64,000 nucleotides of DNA, taken from the NCBI GenBank assembly GCA_963812135.1, contig CAWETU010000005.1:256001-320000 (forward strand), in the 5' to 3' direction. Position numbers and translations under genes: made by a program. Numbering within the stretch: position 1 is the first letter of the stretch; every line of letters starts with the position of its first letter. Positions 30,178-39,058 of this stretch are shown here, piece after piece. The stretch comes from Vulcanimicrobiota bacterium (lineage in GTDB: Bacteria; Vulcanimicrobiota; Vulcanimicrobiia; Eremiobacterales; Eremiobacteraceae). The notes under the pieces are model-generated. The model had not been told where the DNA came from. It did no database searches and was given only the letters and a program-made list of their open reading frames with translations.

Positions 30178-31584
30178 ATGGAAAGCTACGGTTCCATCCG
30201 TCGCTACGGCGTAGTTTGCGCGATCGTGATGATCTTGGGTCTGCTGGTTTCCGGGGCCGCGAAACCGGCCGCACAGCCGGCCGGCCATGCTCAATTTGAG
30301 CCGGCATCGGTCGCCGTCCCCGCCGACAGCAACTGCATCCTTCAACCCGAAGGGAACCAAGAACCGAACGAATCGATCCACGTCTATGCGGATGTGGACG
30401 GCGTGGTCCGCTTTCTCGCGGTGCGTCCAACGCTGCCGAACAGCGTCGAGCGGTTGGCGCTCGATTGCACCGATGCCAATGAGCAGACCAAGATCTATTC
30501 CGTTGATCTTCGCTCGGAGGAGACTTTCAAACCGCGCCCGTTTGACGGATCGCGAACGAGTCTGGCGGTTCGGCCAGCACTTACCGGCGACCCGCGTCGC
30601 TTCACGCAGGAAGAATTGCTACGCGCAGGCTATGGACTGCGCCCCGATCCAACGCAGAATCCGGACGCGTACCAAAGATGGCTGGCTGCGGCGAGCGTGC
30701 TGGTATACAAGCTCCGTAGCGATCAAACGTTGGTGTGGTTCCCGATCTCGCGCCAGGCTTTCGAACGGACCGTGGATCCCGCAGAGAGCGTCACAAAGAA
30801 ACCGTCGGTCGGCTGGACCGGGGCCGTCCTTTATGGTTCCTTCCAAAAGAAGGCGACGGCCGCTGAGACGATCAGCTACGGGGCGAGTTCGGCGACTCTC
30901 GTCATCCCGAAGTTGACGCCCGGTCCCACTGCCGCGGCGACGATATGGAACGGGCTCGACAACGTTTTTCAGGCCATCGTCGACGTTACCACGACCCCGA
31001 CAGTCGCATACTTTGGGATTCACCACCAAACGTTTGACAAGCATAGCGGGCATACCGACAACGCAGGAACGAGATTCACTCCTCGGACCGGCGACCACAT
31101 CTCCATCGAGGAGTGGTATTGCAACGCCAAGGGAAACTTGGATCTGAACGGTGGCTACGAGTGCACGAACATGGTCGATATCACCCAACACGCTCAATGG
31201 GAATGCGATAAGGCCACAAGCTCGGACTGCCCGTCCTACAAGCTCAATCCCGAAGACCTGGGCAACGGCAAGCTCGGCTGGCAGACGGAATTCATCATCG
31301 AAGATGACTCCAAGCATGCTGGAGAGTGGCCCATTTTTTCGCCAGTCACGATGCATGGGTCCGCCGATGTGATCAAAGGCGATGGCACCAAGGGGTCCGG
31401 CAGATTCGTGAGCATGAACTACGGGAGTCTTAGCGACCCGAAGATCACCTTATATACCGACAACAATAACAGTAGCCGGCATCTCCACATCACCCTGCCA
31501 AGCGGGGCGGTCAAGTGGGTTCCGACAAAGTGTGGACCCAAAGACAAGTGGGATGCCAATAGCGGAGGCTGCGTTCCCAAGTAA
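30178..31584 (+). CDS. Secreted G1-family (eqolisin-like) glutamic peptidase homologue with long N-terminal region
   Basis: GGAGG SD; GWTGAV (NWxG-like), IWNGLD (WxGxD), VFQA, GDHI, TEFIIED (AEFIIED-like); pro-region EELLRAGYGLRPD...AYQRW. Confidence 0.65.
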   Translation: MESYGSIRRYGVVCAIVMILGLLVSGAAKPAAQPAGHAQFEPASVAVPADSNCILQPEGNQEPNESIHVYADVDGVVRFLAVRPTLPNSVERLALDCTDANEQTKIYSVDLRSEETFKPRPFDGSRTSLAVRPALTGDPRRFTQEELLRAGYGLRPDPTQNPDAYQRWLAAASVLVYKLRSDQTLVWFPISRQAFERTVDPAESVTKKPSVGWTGAVLYGSFQKKATAAETISYGASSATLVIPKLTPGPTAAATIWNGLDNVFQAIVDVTTTPTVAYFGIHHQTFDKHSGHTDNAGTRFTPRTGDHISIEEWYCNAKGNLDLNGGYECTNMVDITQHAQWECDKATSSDCPSYKLNPEDLGNGKLGWQTEFIIEDDSKHAGEWPIFSPVTMHGSADVIKGDGTKGSGRFVSMNYGSLSDPKITLYTDNNNSSRHLHITLPSGAVKWVPTKCGPKDKWDANSGGCVPK

Positions 31585-31661
31585 TAGCCGGATAGAAACG
31601 TCCGGGTCGTCCATTGCGCAAATCGAGGTTTGATAGGATTTCTTCTAAGTATTCCCGCTGT

Positions 31662-32285
31662 TCACGGCGCCGTGATCTGGACCGTGAACGGCGTGACATT
31701 ATCGGTGTCGACGTGATTATGCGGCGCGATGATGAAATCGATCACAGAGCCTTTGTTGATGACTATCGACAAAGAGAATCGCGTCGTCGTTGTATTTGGC
31801 TGCGCGTTGGTGAACTGTATGCCTTTGTCCACCGCGATCGCCGCGTCGATCATCCCGCCTTGTCCACTCGGCCCTCCAATCGTACCGGTGATGTATACGC
31901 GTCCGGCATAGGGACTTGTCCAGCGCCGGATCGCCCACTGTTCGACCTCCAGCCGGCCTTGATTCCCGTTGAGGCCATTCCCGATCATTGAGGTCGCCGA
32001 AATGCAAGTCCAATACTTGCTCGGGTCAGGCGGTGTCCAGCCGGGACCTTGGCACGATCCACCCACGTTGGACAAGCTCACGAATGTCTGGTTCTTGACG
32101 TTCACCTGCAGATAGCCATACTGCCAATGATTCGCGCCCTGCGTGAGCGCAAAGTCCGCCACCGAGTCCGCGAGTACCGTCGGACCCTTGTCTGCGTGCG
32201 CGGCCAGAGACTCATCGCCAAGACTAAGCGCAAGACCGACCGACAGAACCATCACCGCCATCCCCAGGCGACCTATCTTGTCCAT
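31662..32285 (-). CDS. Secreted beta-sandwich protein
   Basis: AAGGAG SD; signal peptide; LADSVADF..TQG.N.W.YGY and AIRRWTSP.AG.V.I.G pattern. Confidence 0.75.
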   Translation of the reverse strand: MDKIGRLGMAVMVLSVGLALSLGDESLAAHADKGPTVLADSVADFALTQGANHWQYGYLQVNVKNQTFVSLSNVGGSCQGPGWTPPDPSKYWTCISATSMIGNGLNGNQGRLEVEQWAIRRWTSPYAGRVYITGTIGGPSGQGGMIDAAIAVDKGIQFTNAQPNTTTTRFSLSIVINKGSVIDFIIAPHNHVDTDNVTPFTVQITAP

Positions 32286-32531
32286 CGCGACTCCTTGTCC
32301 GCCGGTCCAAATGCTCTTGACGCCTCGGATAACATTTCCAACGCAGGAACAGCGCCGAGATCTTACACTGGAACCGTGCCAGCGAACGCTTAGCGAGTCG
32401 CGAGCTGCCGCCCTGTGTTTGTCCGCTGACGCGTGTGATTCGGCTCTAGATTCCCCAAGGGGGAAGCGAAGGCGTCGTGGGAAACGGGTCTTCTGTTTAT
32501 GCGAGACGTATCGCGCTTTGAAAGAGGGCCT

Positions 32532-32903
32532 ATGACAAAGTTCGCTGCCGCGCTGCTGGCAACAGCAATCATCGTCGTAGACAGCCCGGCAGTTCCCGCT
32601 GCTTCGGGCGTGTGGAACTTTGGGTCAAGTGCAGACATCGCTGCTGTGCGTGAGGCGATTCTTGCAAACCCTGATGTTAAAGTCCCCGGCGTGCATGTAG
32701 TTGGCGACTACGCGCTCACGCAGGTATATATAGGCACAGAAGCAAGCGGGATGTGGGTGTACAAGCGAATTTCAGCGGAACACTGGAAGAGAATCATGGG
32801 AGGCGGGGGTGCAGTGGATGCGACTATGATGAGCGGAGCCGGCGTTCCGCCATCGATCGCGCGTCGGCTCTGTTCAGGCTGGCCCAAAGGCTATGGCTGC
32901 TAA
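32532..32903 (+). CDS. Small secreted hypothetical protein
   Basis: GAGG SD; signal peptide; VVGDYAL...W..IMGGGG...GVP..IA..L. Confidence 0.75.
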   Translation: MTKFAAALLATAIIVVDSPAVPAASGVWNFGSSADIAAVREAILANPDVKVPGVHVVGDYALTQVYIGTEASGMWVYKRISAEHWKRIMGGGGAVDATMMSGAGVPPSIARRLCSGWPKGYGC

Positions 32904-32972
32904 GTTGCCCGAGCGCCGCGGCTTCGAATTGATCCTACGACATGGTCGCCGGACGTTCCGGAACGAGTCTTC

Positions 32973-33028
32973 TTTTAGGCGGCGCTCGCCCAAAAAAGAC
33001 TTGTGCCCGGCTGTTATGGGACGTTACG
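32973..33028. repeat. Left junction: 19-bp copy of the secA 3' end plus 37-bp inverted arm
   Basis: TTTTAGGCGGCGCTCGCCC (32973-32991) is identical to 35024-35042; 32992-33028 is the reverse complement of 34990-35026 at 35/37 positions. Confidence 0.95.
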
Positions 33029-33031
33029 AAT

Positions 33032-33619
33032 TTAGTTCCTGCAATCGAGCTTGAAAAGAAAGTCGTAGTGTTTCACCGTAAAGTGAGGGACGTTCTTTTC
33101 CTTCGCGAGCTTGCTTCCATCGAATAGGATGTTGAGCGCAGTCGGCTTGTCGGATGGGTTAAAGGGAGCGGGGAACGCAATAAACCTTTGCGCGTACGTG
33201 TATTGAGCGGAAGGTTTAAGGCGATGCGATGCGAGCGTTTGAAGGTCGCTTGTGGCGAAGTGCGTATCGCCGGCGCCGATAATGTTCCTGTGCAAGATCA
33301 CCACCTGACCGCTTATCAGTGAATCGCCTGGAGCGATCTCTGATTGGGTGACGTTTCGCCAGATCTCGGTGACCTTATAACCAACCTTTTGCCGACCGGA
33401 TACGGTCTCTGCGGAATACGGCTTGCTGTCTGTCACTTCCACGCGCCAAACGCCGTTGTCCAGCCACTGACCCATACATCCCTCCACACTAGTCGCTTTG
33501 GCCTGACCTAGTGCATCAGCCGCGATTGTGGCTTGAACCAGCATAGGACAGGCGAGCGCCGCGACAATGAAGGCGAACGAGACGGCAAAATTGCCTGTCC
33601 TCCTGAAACAACTAAGCAC
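33032..33619 (-). CDS. Secreted hypothetical protein
   Basis: AAGGAG SD before GTG 33619; hydrophobic signal; VEGCMGQWLDNGVWRVEVT...FLFKLDC. Confidence 0.7.
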   Translation of the reverse strand: MLSCFRRTGNFAVSFAFIVAALACPMLVQATIAADALGQAKATSVEGCMGQWLDNGVWRVEVTDSKPYSAETVSGRQKVGYKVTEIWRNVTQSEIAPGDSLISGQVVILHRNIIGAGDTHFATSDLQTLASHRLKPSAQYTYAQRFIAFPAPFNPSDKPTALNILFDGSKLAKEKNVPHFTVKHYDFLFKLDCRN

Positions 33620-33930
33620 AGTTGGCTCCTTAATTGAACCCGATCTTCCAAGCCATTGCAACGCAGAAGCCTTCGCTCCCTTGGAGCCATGCAGCCACCG
33701 GACGTTTGAATCGACGACCGGACGTTTTCGGTTTTCGGAGATGTCGCAAGTCATGGCTGCAACTGGGGCGGCGGCTCACTCTGATCTTTTGGCCCCGTCA
33801 CTGATTCAAACGTCCGGCGAGTATCGATTTGTTAGTTGCCGATAGCGGGGGGATGAGCGCGACGGTACGCGCGCCCGACCACGCGCATACGATTACTTCC
33901 CCACATTTATCAATGGCATGAAGAAAGGGG

Positions 33931-34761
33931 CTAGGTCGGGGGCCAAATCACACAGAGACGGTCGAGGCCAGATTCTTTGATCGTGCCACCCGCAATCTTG
34001 ACATGAGCCCTAACTGTATAGCAGGTCCCTGATGCTTTGATTGGTGGCCCTACTCCTAAAGGTCCGTCCATAAAGCCGGTTGTCGGGAAGGGCACTTCGA
34101 AGGTTGGAGGTCCGTCAGGCGAGGTCACGGTGAATCCGTCTACTGCAGCAACGCAACCCACATGACATGGATTCCAGTCCCAGATCAGAACTAAACGCCG
34201 ATCGGCGATCGCCTTGGCACAGTTGGCGAGCTTATGGGCTACGCAAGTCGCCACTTTATAGCTGTATTGTAGATTTGTGGGAGCCACGAGCGTCGAAGGG
34301 ATGCATACTTCATTGCTGAGTCTTGATTGGATCTTGCCGAAGGCGGCGGTGACGGCGTAGCATCGAGCGCCAAAACCCCGCAATCCGGCCGGACGCGTGA
34401 CGAAGCCGACTGTGGCCTGCGTCGTATTGCGATCGACGAGTTTGTGCATGCCGCCCTCGACCTCGTAGACGGCGAAGCTGTCCTGGGTGGGATACGCTTT
34501 GTTGCCGGTCCAGTTGAACACCAGAACCAGGCTGCTCTTACTACGTGCGTCTGCACAGAGCAGCGCAGCAATCGGCCCGGTGTGCGCGCCGCAAACGTGA
34601 GGGTCGCTCGTCACCACTAGATCGGTTGGCGCAGGCATTTGTGGATTCTGTGTGTGGACGACCCCGCCGCTCCCGGGCTTCTGGCTCGCGAGCAACGTGC
34701 CGGCGGATAGCGTGAAAGCTACCAGCGCAACGACCAGACCTAGCGTGCGGACAAGTCTCAT
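33931..34761 (-). CDS. Secreted protein with two tandem Cys-rich FN3-like repeats
   Basis: AGGAG SD before ATG 34761; APTDL..C..H...C...LVLVFNW...DSF.V...CYAVTA...S...VC is repeated as APTNL..C..H..C...LVLIWDW...DGF.V...CYTVRA...S...LC. Confidence 0.75.
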   Translation of the reverse strand: MRLVRTLGLVVALVAFTLSAGTLLASQKPGSGGVVHTQNPQMPAPTDLVVTSDPHVCGAHTGPIAALLCADARSKSSLVLVFNWTGNKAYPTQDSFAVYEVEGGMHKLVDRNTTQATVGFVTRPAGLRGFGARCYAVTAAFGKIQSRLSNEVCIPSTLVAPTNLQYSYKVATCVAHKLANCAKAIADRRLVLIWDWNPCHVGCVAAVDGFTVTSPDGPPTFEVPFPTTGFMDGPLGVGPPIKASGTCYTVRAHVKIAGGTIKESGLDRLCVIWPPT

Positions 34762-34989
34762 GATCGCACTCCTATCCGACGTGAACATCTAGTCCAAGAA
34801 CGCAGCGCGTGCGGGCGAAGGTTCCGCGGAGGTCGTCTCGCAGCGTGGCGTCGATGCGCCGCGCAGTCTGAGAATCGGCGGAGGCAGAAATTCAACTGAA
34901 CTACTGCTCGAGCCCGCTAGGAGCGCCTGTACATTGGTCGCAGCCTGGTCGGCACTTCTGACCAGGACCGGTTTGCAGGCCAGCACCCA

Positions 34990-35042
34990 CGTAGCGTCCC
35001 ATAACAGCCGGGCACAACTCTTTTTTTAGGCGGCGCTCGCCC
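34990..35042. repeat. Right junction: 37-bp inverted arm plus 19-bp core overlapping the secA stop
   Basis: Counterpart of 32973-33028; the core encodes the last secA codons and the TAA stop. Confidence 0.95.
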
Positions 35043-37733
35043 CGTGGCATTTCTTGTATTTCTTGCCTGATCCGCACGGACATGGATCGTTACGTCCGAC
35101 CTTCGCCTCCGCTTTGCGCGCCGGCGCCGGACCGCCGGCGTCGTCTCGATTGGTGTGTAGCTGATCGAAGCGCCGTGCCGCGCGCGCGTCGAGTGGGACC
35201 GACGCCCTGGCTGGCTGGCCGTTGGGGGCGGCTGCTTCAAATGGTGCGCCGTCGGGATGCGATTCGGTGAGCTGTTGCGTCGGAGGCGCCTGGGGCGGCT
35301 GCTGGACGACCAGATGGAAGTCCTCGCCCTGCGACATGGCGCCCAAGAACTCTTCTTGGATGCTCGCCTTGAGATCTTCGAACAAGTCGAACGCCTCGCG
35401 CTCGTACTCGACACGCGGATCTTTTTGGCCCCAGCCGCGCAGCCCGATGCCTTGCTTGAGGCTGTCCATGGTGTAGAGATGGTCGATCCATAAGCGATCG
35501 ATGATCTGCAGCATCGTACCGCGTTCGAGCATGCGCAGGCCGTCGTGCAGGCCCTTCTCATCCATCTGATCTTTGTAGCGCGACACGAAGCGCTCTTCTT
35601 TTTCCGTGTACATCTCGTCGGCTTGCTCGGCGATCCGCTTGACCATCTCTTCCTTCGAGAGTGGCTCGAGCTCGTCGACGCTCATGCGCTTGGCGAAGCC
35701 GCGCACGACCTGGTCGAACTCCTTGATGATCTCGTCGCGTTCCCACTCGTGCGGGTGGACGTTGTCGGGGCAATTGGCCTCGACGATCTGGCGCGCCTTT
35801 GGCTTCGAACATGGACGTGAGCGAGGGACGAAGATCGTGGCCTTCGAGCACGGAACGGCGCTCGGCGTAGATCACCGTGCGCTGCTTGTTCATGACGTCG
35901 TCGTACTCGAGCACGTGCTTGCGGGTCTCGTAGTGGTGCGCTTCTACCTTCTTCTGCGCGCGCTCGATGCTCGCGGTGAGGATGCCCGCTTCGATCGGCG
36001 TGTCATCGTCGATGTTGAAGCGCTCCATGATGCCGCGGATACGCTCGCCGCCGAAGATGCGCATCAGCTCATCGTCAAGCGCGGCATAGAAGCGCGACGA
36101 CCCCTTGTCGCCTTGACGTCCGGAACGCCCGCGCAGCTGGTTATCGATGCGTCGCGACTCGTGGCGCTCGGTGCCGATGATGTGCAGGCCGCCTAAGCGC
36201 GGGCACGCCTTCGCCAAGTTTGATGTCGACGCCGCGGCCTGCCATGTTGGTGGCGATCGTCACCTTGCCGTACAAACCGGCATCCTTGATGATCTCGGCT
36301 TCCTTCTCGTGATACTTCGCGTTGAGCACGTTGTGCTCGATGCCGCGCTTGCCGAGCATCGCGGAGAGGCGTTCGGACTTCTCGATCGAGCGCGTGCCCA
36401 CGAGCACCGGGCGTCCAGCGCTGTGCATCTCGATGATCTCGTTGATCACCGCACGGAACTTGCCGTCTTCGTGGTTGTAGACGACGTCGTCGAAATCTTT
36501 GCGATGCGCCGGCACATTCGTCGGGATCGAGATGACGTCCAGCCCGTAGATCTCGCGGAACTCGCGCTCTTCGGTCTTGGCCGTGCCCGTCATACCCGCG
36601 AGCTTCTTGTACAGGCGGAAGTAGTTCTGGAAGGTGATGGTCGCGAGCGTTTGATCCTCGCTCTTGACCTTGATGCCTTCTTTGGCTTCGATCGCCTGAT
36701 GGATGCCGTCCGAGTAGCGGCGGCCGTACATCAGCCGGCCGGTGAACTCGTCGACGATGATGATCTCGCCGTCTTTGACGACGTACTGCTCGTCTTTGCG
36801 GAACAGCTCTTTGGCTTTGAGCGCGGCTTGCAGTTGGTGCGCCATCTCGAGGTTAACGGGATCGTACAGGTTTTGCACGCCGAGCAGCCGCTCGACTTTC
36901 GCGACGCCTTTCTCGGTGATCGGCGCCGCATGCATCTTCTCGTCGACGGTGTAGTCCTCGTCGCGCGTCAGCTGCGGCATGATCTGGCGCGCGAAGCGCT
37001 CGTAGAGATGCGACGGATCCTTGTAGCCGGGACCCAGGATCGCCTCGGGCGAGCCGCTGATGATGAGCGGCGTGCGCGCCTCGTCGATCAGGATCGAGTC
37101 GACTTCGTCGACGATCGCGTACGCGAGCTCGCGCTGCACGCAGTAGTCGATGTGCGGCGCCATGTTGTCGCGCAGGTAGTCGAAGCCGGCCTCGTTGTTG
37201 GTGACGTAGGTGACGTCGGCGCCGTAGGCTGCGCGCCGCTCGACCGGCGGCATGAAATGCTGGATGATGCCGACACTCAAACCGAGCGCGTGATAGATCG
37301 GCGTCATCCACTCGGCGTCGCGCTTGGCGAGGTAGTCGTTGACGGTGACGAGGTGCACGCCTTTGCCGCTCAGCGCGTTGAGGTAGACGGCGAGCGTCGC
37401 GACGAGCGTCTTGCCCTCGCCCGTGCGCATCTCGGCGACTTTGCCGTCGTGCAGCACCATGCCGCCGATGAGCTGCACGTCGAAGTGGCGCATGTTGAGC
37501 GTGCGCCTGCCGGCTTCGCGCACGAGCGCGAACGCCTCAGGCAACAGCTCGTCGAGCGTGGCGCCGTTCGCGAGTCTCTCGCGCAGCTCGGGCGTCTTGG
37601 CCGCGAGCTGCTCGTCGGACAGCGCTTGCATGGCCGGCTCGAGCGCGTTGATGCGGCCCACGTTGCGGCGCAAGCGGGCTACCTCGCGGTCGTTACCGTC
37701 GACCCACGATTTTACCGTTGAGAACAATGACAA
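35026..37733 (-). CDS. secA: Preprotein translocase SecA (two apparent frameshifts near 36195 and 35799)
   Basis: [84 protein letters not shown] spread over three frames. Confidence 0.97.
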
Positions 37734-37754
37734 TTGTTTCGCGTACCTTTGGGA

Positions 37755-38063
37755 CTAGACGGCCGGCGCGACGTGGCGCTTGTCGAGCTTGCGTGTCTTG
37801 AGCTTTTGGATCTGGTGCTCGAGCCGGTCACGCACACGGTCGATCGCCTCGTCGATGACCTTGCTGCGCTCCTCCGCCTTCACGAGGCGGTGCGGCAAGT
37901 GCAGCGTGACGTCGACGATGCGCAATTCGCGTTCGGCGCGCAGGGTGACGTGCGCCTCAAAAATGCGATCGTAATGCCGGGAGAGACGGTCGAGCTGCTT
38001 CTCGACGTGTTGCCGGAGCCCGTCCGTGACCCGAAGGTTTCTGCCTCTGATGTAGATCTTCAT
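37755..38063 (-). CDS. hpf: Ribosome hibernation promoting factor (short HPF/YfiA type)
   Basis: I.IRGRNLRVTDGLRQHVEKQL..L...AID...DRLE.QI.K.K; directly upstream of secA. Confidence 0.88.
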   Translation of the reverse strand: MKIYIRGRNLRVTDGLRQHVEKQLDRLSRHYDRIFEAHVTLRAERELRIVDVTLHLPHRLVKAEERSKVIDEAIDRVRDRLEHQIQKLKTRKLDKRHVAPAV

Positions 38064-38108
38064 GACCGCCGCAATTTTACGAGAAGATGTGTCCTCTTCG
38101 TGTTCCGT

Positions 38109-38246
38109 TCAGTGAAAATGAAGTCCTGCCCTGACGCTCAGCTCGTACGCCGCGACCACGACGAGCGCGACCACGACGACGATGAGCACGATCCGGGCCA
38201 CGATATATGGCCGCTGCGGGCGTGTTTTTATGATTTGGCGCTTCAC
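38109..38246 (-). CDS. 45-aa single-pass membrane peptide (absent from ORF track)
   Basis: Own translation MKRQIIKTRPQRPYIVARIVLIVVVVALVVVAAYELSVRAGLHFH; GTGA overlap with the deacetylase stop. Confidence 0.65.
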   Translation of the reverse strand: MKRQIIKTRPQRPYIVARIVLIVVVVALVVVAAYELSVRAGLHFH

Positions 38247-39048
38247 AGCTTGACGTTCAACGGGTCGTTGATTTGTTCGAGACTGAGGTCACGCTGCAGC
38301 TGCGACAACGTCACGAACGTGAAACCCGCGCGCCGGTATGCGTCGACGATCTGCGGCAGCGCCTCGATCGTCGGGACCGAACCGTTGTGCAGCAGCAGCA
38401 CCGCCGGCGACTTCGCGTGCGCGATGACGTGGTCGACGATGAACGGCGACGTCACGCGCTTCCAATCGCCCGGATCGATATCCCACAGCGCCACGACTTC
38501 ACCGTTGCCGCGCGCCGCGTCGATCGTCGAAGCGTTGAAATTGCCGTGCGGTGGACGGAAGTAGACGATGGGCCGGCCCGTCGCGCGGTGTATCGCCAGC
38601 GCTCCGTCGACAACCTCTTCGAATTGCGCGGGAAACCCAAGCGCCGTCATCTCCGGATGGCTAAGCGTGTGATTGCCGATCTCGTCAGGACCTGCCCCGA
38701 CGCGCGCGGCGATCGCCGGCTGTTCCGTCGAGTCGCGCCCGATGAAGAAAAAGACGGCGGGCACGTTCAGCTTGCGCAATTGCGCGAGCAGCGCGGGCGT
38801 CGCCACCGGATACGGGCCGTCGTCGAAGGTGAGCACCGCATACTTCGGCCGCGCGGGCGGCGCGATGAGATCGCGCACGTCCGTCAGCATGCGCTGCGCG
38901 ATCGCGCGCGGCGGTGGATCGAGCACTTGCGCGCTCGAAATGGCCGGCGGCACGATCACGGGGACGAGCTCGAGCGCGCGTGATGGACCCAGCGCCGCAG
39001 TGCGACGATCACGACGAGGATGATGAGGAAGCCCGCGATCGTGGCCAG
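38243..39048 (-). CDS. Polysaccharide deacetylase (CE4/NodB); N-terminal anchor in a shifted frame
   Basis: LTFDDGP, IGNHTLSH, FRPPHG, LWDIDPGDW, LLLH; TM segment ATIAGFLIILVVIVAL lies upstream out of frame. Start is uncertain. Confidence 0.85.
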
Positions 39049-39058
39049 CGGGCCGCGT

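Larger units (their letters stand above)
32973..35042. mobile_element. Putative non-autonomous ~2 kb cassette integrated at the secA stop codon
   Basis: Bounded by a 19-bp direct repeat and 37-bp inverted arms; carries two secreted-protein genes and no recombinase. Mobility is inferred. Confidence 0.55.

Noticed and set aside
35026..37733. secA and dnaG as pseudogenes or programmed frameshifts
   Set aside because: These are essential genes with intact motifs and no slippery or SD signals at the breaks; sequencing error is more parsimonious.
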